Below are positions 50,801-54,710 of a DNA stretch of 54,710 bases, piece by piece (within the stretch, counting starts at the first letter, position 1; each line of letters opens with the position of its first letter). The stretch is taken from the NCBI GenBank assembly GCA_943704425.1, contig CALSCP010002373.1, positions 1 to 54,710 of the forward strand. Direction: 5' to 3'. The notes beneath the pieces were generated by a model, which was not told where the DNA came from, made no database searches, and saw only the letters and a program-made list of their open reading frames with translations. The stretch is from Ministeria vibrans ATCC 50519. Its lineage: Eukaryota > Protista > Filasterea. Position numbers and translations under genes: made by a program.

Positions 50801-51549
50801 AGGCAACGCGTCGCCAGTCCGAGCCCAATGCGTCGGTGACCAAGTTGCGTGTGAGTGCGCAGCTTTCGGAACCCTCTGTGGTTGTGGGCAACCCCGTTCC
50901 CGAGCGGCTGTCCGTGTGCGAAGAGATTGATGATGATGAGACGGGGGAGAAGGATGAGCCAGTCACGGCACAGGAGGTCGAGGAGTCTGTCCGACCCTCT
51001 GAGGCCCAACCGATACCGAGTGCCGCCGCCACGGCGTCTGCCACGAGTGTCAGTCGACCACATGTGGTTACATCGGTGACACGCATCACGTCGCGCAGAA
51101 GCTCGGCAGAGAGCAGTGCTCCTGTCGTGACCAAAGTGGTGACGACACGACGTGGGTCGCGCAAGAATAAGAGTAGCGCCAATCTCAGTAGCAGTACCAT
51201 TCCGTCTGCTTCTGCTTCTGCTTCTGCTTCTGCTTCTGCTTCTGCTTCTGCTTCTGTTTCTGCTGCTGTTGCAACATCCACACCAACACGCACTGGTGAC
51301 TCTATCACAGACACGACGGCTCCCGGCAAGGCGGTCGCCACCAAAGCAATTAGTGCGCCCGGTAGCAGTCCTTCGTCGACTCAGCGTCGTCGTGCTCCTC
51401 AGCCGCCACAGCCGACGGCGTTTGAGATGGTGGAGTGGGAGGCGGACGAGGACCTTGTTGAGACGGACCTTCGCGAGGCGACTCCCGTCGACGAGTCGTC
51501 GCGCGCAACGCAACGTCGCCCTTCCGATATCAACGATATCTCCTTTTAA
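44835..51549 (+). CDS. BAR-domain (Pil1/Lsp1- or FAM92-like) protein with a Ser/Pro-rich disordered tail of about 1850 aa
   Basis: Kozak-like gcccaccATGG micro-exon, exon 44985-45119 and exon 45497-51549 splice in frame; a helical N-terminal domain of about 200 aa is followed by low-complexity sequence. Confidence 0.65.
48433..48597 (+). repeat. Coding 36-bp tandem repeat (PDRALSPTPQPR), about 4.5 copies
   Basis: Directly visible in DNA and protein. Confidence 0.95.
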
Positions 51550-51889
51550 CTCTCTTGTATAATAATCATGCTCTCCATATTTTTTTTTTCTAACTCATCA
51601 CATGAGAGTGAACGCAACGTATTAATGTATTATTATTATAATAATTTTAAAGGCAAAAATTAAAAAAAAAAAACACTAATAATTTTTAGTTTTCATTTTT
51701 TATTGACTGTCTCGCGTGTCTTGGACCTCGCTCGTCGTGTCTGGTCTCGCGGAGGAGTTTGGACGTTGGGAAAGACCTTTTCAACCCCGCCCTGTTTGTG
51801 TGGCTCCTAAAGGAAAGGGAAGGAAGAAGAAACTGGGACAGGAAAGAAGAAGAAGAAAAAAAAGGCGTTGCTACGGAAGTTCGTAAGCT

Positions 51890-52924
51890 ATGGGCAACTC
51901 TGGGGGGAAAGGGCCTGCCGCGGCAGCAGGTGAAGGAGCCACGCCGGTACAGACTGCGGCGTCGCCCAACGCGAAGCCCAAACGGTCTTTTCGGGGGCGT
52001 CCTAAGAGTGCTGACGTCTCATCGGCAACGGCGCTGTCGCCCAAAGAGACGCCGCGCAACCGCAGCGGCACGCAGGGAAGTGACGACGACCGTAGAGGGC
52101 GTGGGGATCCGGCGAAGACGGGTCGTCATGTCGACTTTCCAGAGGTAAACGAGAAGGAGGCAACGTCACCGTCGTCCCGGAAGGAGAAAAAGGGCCGGTC
52201 GCGCAGCACAAGCCCGAGCGCAGCCTCTCGTGTGGACAAGTCTGCGAGCGCCCGAGGGTCTGACTCGGGGAGATCGAGTGCAACGGCGTCGCGCAGCTCT
52301 TCCACGACCTCCATGAAGCGACAAGGTATTGCGCAGGAGCAGCGCATTGACATGGACGTGTCCATGCTGCCGCCCACGACGACCGGTCAGCACGAAGAAT
52401 ACGACAACTTGTGGGTACAGCCGCAGCGCCAGAGCAAACGCGAGCAGCGACGAGCCTTTATCGATTCTACCAAGCAGAAGCGCGAAGAGCATGACCGAAA
52501 CGACACATCGAGTGAAGGGACGCTGTCTCGGCCACGCTCGGCCGTCGACCTGCACATGGTACAGCCGGTGGGAGGGATAGCGGAGGGGCCGGTGCAAGAC
52601 CCGCTGTACGACCAGCTTGATGTGCCGGCGGGCGTCGCAGTTGAGAAGCCGCACTTGTTTGGAGTGCACCCGGACGTCCTTAACGAAGGCGTCTACGAGA
52701 CAGTGTCTGCGGAGATGATTGAGCGGGCACGCGAGATGCAGGCGGCAGCGATGCTGGAAAAGGGTGTAGTGGCCGAGGCAGAGACGCCGCGGTCGGTGAC
52801 GCCCGACAACACAGATGAGGACCTGCCGCTCTTTGGCGAGAATGATGTCAAGCTCATCCGCACGGAGGTCGAGGAGAAGCGCATCAACGCCGCCATTGTT
52901 CCCGCCCCCGCCCCGCCCTTGTGA
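51890..52924 (+). CDS. Hypothetical protein, probably N-myristoylated, with Tyr motifs; may continue past a splice donor at about 52921
   Basis: MGNSGGKG start, basic Ser-rich region, and YDNL, YDQL and YETV motifs. Confidence 0.6.
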   Translation: MGNSGGKGPAAAAGEGATPVQTAASPNAKPKRSFRGRPKSADVSSATALSPKETPRNRSGTQGSDDDRRGRGDPAKTGRHVDFPEVNEKEATSPSSRKEKKGRSRSTSPSAASRVDKSASARGSDSGRSSATASRSSSTTSMKRQGIAQEQRIDMDVSMLPPTTTGQHEEYDNLWVQPQRQSKREQRRAFIDSTKQKREEHDRNDTSSEGTLSRPRSAVDLHMVQPVGGIAEGPVQDPLYDQLDVPAGVAVEKPHLFGVHPDVLNEGVYETVSAEMIERAREMQAAAMLEKGVVAEAETPRSVTPDNTDEDLPLFGENDVKLIRTEVEEKRINAAIVPAPAPPL

Positions 52925-53146
52925 ATTTTCCCCTCTTTTTTTTGCTTCCTTTTTTTGTTGTCTCTCTTTCCTGTGCTTTTTTTTTGTTCTGTTGTAATGA
53001 TTTTAATCAGAAAAATACACGCATTCTTATCATATTTGAAAGTCTGCGATTGAATTGGCGCGGTGGTACTTTCGTGTGATAGACATGCAAATAATACAGT
53101 AGAGAACAGTAGAGAGAGAGCGCGTGCACGCGAGTTGGATGGAGAG

Positions 53147-53402
53147 TTAGAGCGTGAGGATGGACGAAAAGGAATCCGAGTCAAGTGCAGAGCAAATGTT
53201 GGATGTGAAGGAGGTCGAGCCACAGAGGATGGCAGATACAGAGGCAGAGGCAGAGGGAGGGGGGGCACGGGAGCAAAGGAGACGCGTCTCGGACGCAAGT
53301 AGAGTGTCGCTGATGCGCCCATCGATGACGGTGTCGCCATAGCGTACCTGCGACCTGCTGCTGCTGCTGCTATTGATGTTGATGTTGTTGTTGTTGTTAG
53401 TG

Positions 53403-53455
<53 letters not shown>

Positions 53456-54181
53456 AATGTTGCTGCTGACGTTGCTCTTGCTAGTAGTAGTGGTGGTGTC
53501 AGGGGGAATTGAAAATAGCAGACGAATGTTCCAGGCAGACTGAAGAGACGAGAGACGCGTGCGAAGGAGAATGTCCGACGTTGAACGACACGCATAGACA
53601 ATGGTGATGCGACACTCGTCGTCTTCGTTTGCTACAATATGCTCTGCCAATTGAACGATGGGCGCAATGCCCGTGCCCGCACACACACACAAGATTCCGC
53701 AGAGGTCACCAGCGGCGTAGTGAAAAGCCCCAAACACGCCACGGCAGTCGATGCACACGCCAGGACGCCAAAGTTCACGGATCACTCGACTCAGCGGCCC
53801 AGTGTCGTACAGGCGGATGACCATTTCAAAGGAGTGCGGGTCGTCTGGCACAGCGAGTGGAGTGAGGGCACGCACAACCACAGGCGTGTCGCCCTGCCCG
53901 TCGACTCTGACGAGGATGTGCGAGCAGGGCCGCACGGGCATTGGAAGACCCTCGACCGAAGTCAGTCTGACCACGACGGCGCTCTCGCCCGTGTCGCACA
54001 GGGACGTGATTCTCCACGACGAGTAGCTCAGCAGACGCAACCGCGTCGCATCATCGACAACAACGCCCTTCGTCTGCTCACCGAGCGCCTTTTTAAGCTC
54101 CGCTTCATAACGATCGTACACGCATGGAGAACATCCTTGACCGCAGCAGTCGTGGGGTGACGGCTCGACTGGGAGGCTCAT
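53147..54181 (-). CDS. CYB5RL: NADH-cytochrome b5 reductase-like protein
   Basis: N-terminal EPSPHDCCGQGCSPCVYDRY motif, FAD-binding region (RALTP, GPLS), NAD-binding CAGTGIAP and LCGS; poly-Ser/Asn insert. Confidence 0.85.
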
Positions 54182-54296
54182 AAAAAGAAATAATTATCAT
54201 TTGAGATCAGTCCAATGTGACGTGAACGAATCGTCGATCCATCGGGAAATTTCGTGATTTATTTTCAGTCTTCTTTCTTTTTCTTACACACAGAAC

Positions 54297-54654
54297 ATGT
54301 CCTCGTCTGCAACTGGCGAATTCGGCAACCCCTTACGGAAATTCAAACTTGTCTTTCTCGGCGAACAGAGCGGTGAGTTCATAAACGCCGTCCCCCGTCG
54401 TTGCCGACGCCCCGCGCGGCACGGGGCATCCCCGTGGGCGCCGTGCCGGAGGCTCTCTCTGCGTTGCGTGTGTGTGTGTGCTGGAGCAGCAGCGGGGATG
54501 CGCGTGAGCCGTCCCGAGCGCATCCGTGCCCCTCGCTGCCCTCCAAACGCCCCCTCGCCCCGTCTAAACGCCCCTCTGCCCCCCGTTGTCTGTAGTGGGA
54601 AAGACCTCGCTGATCACCCGCTTCATGTACGACAGCTTTGACAACACGTATCAG
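54297..54654 (+). CDS. RAB6: Rab6 GTPase, first two exons (continues beyond the window)
   Basis: [17 protein letters not shown]|[20 protein letters not shown]. Confidence 0.96.
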
Positions 54655-54710
54655 GTGCCACGCAAAATTCACATTTCTTCGATACTTCTTCTTCTTTTTT
54701 TTTTTTTTTT

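Overview
Gene-dense, intron-rich eukaryotic DNA with GT-AG introns full of (CT)n, (GT)n, (AAT)n and homopolymer tracts. The gene mix suggests a unicellular holozoan such as a choanoflagellate (inference): animal-type PMVK, RB1CC1, CYB5RL and a protrudin-like FYVE occur alongside sulfate-assimilation genes that animals lack. Housekeeping genes are WDR44, an SDR, CDK8-like kinase, PMVK, siroheme synthase, a sulfite-reductase-like N-terminus, GPLD1, ATG11/RB1CC1, PCYT1, an MFS transporter, PARG, CYB5RL and Rab6. Three items stand out. (1) A circularly permuted tRNA-Thr(UGU) gene at 15981-16063: the 3' half precedes the 5' half, the break is at 37/38, the flanks base-pair and a Pol III T-run follows. 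(2) A large receptor with a beta-helix ectodomain, a class C-like 7TM domain and two TIR domains that keep the catalytic Glu. (3) An intron-poor head-to-head pair of a DDX60-like helicase and an OAS-like nucleotidyltransferase that looks like an antiviral island. Several genes switch to an unrelated gene across an intronic homopolymer or microsatellite, which most likely reflects assembly chimeras, so apparent fusions and long-range gene order need checking. All family calls come from motif recognition by eye, not from database searches.
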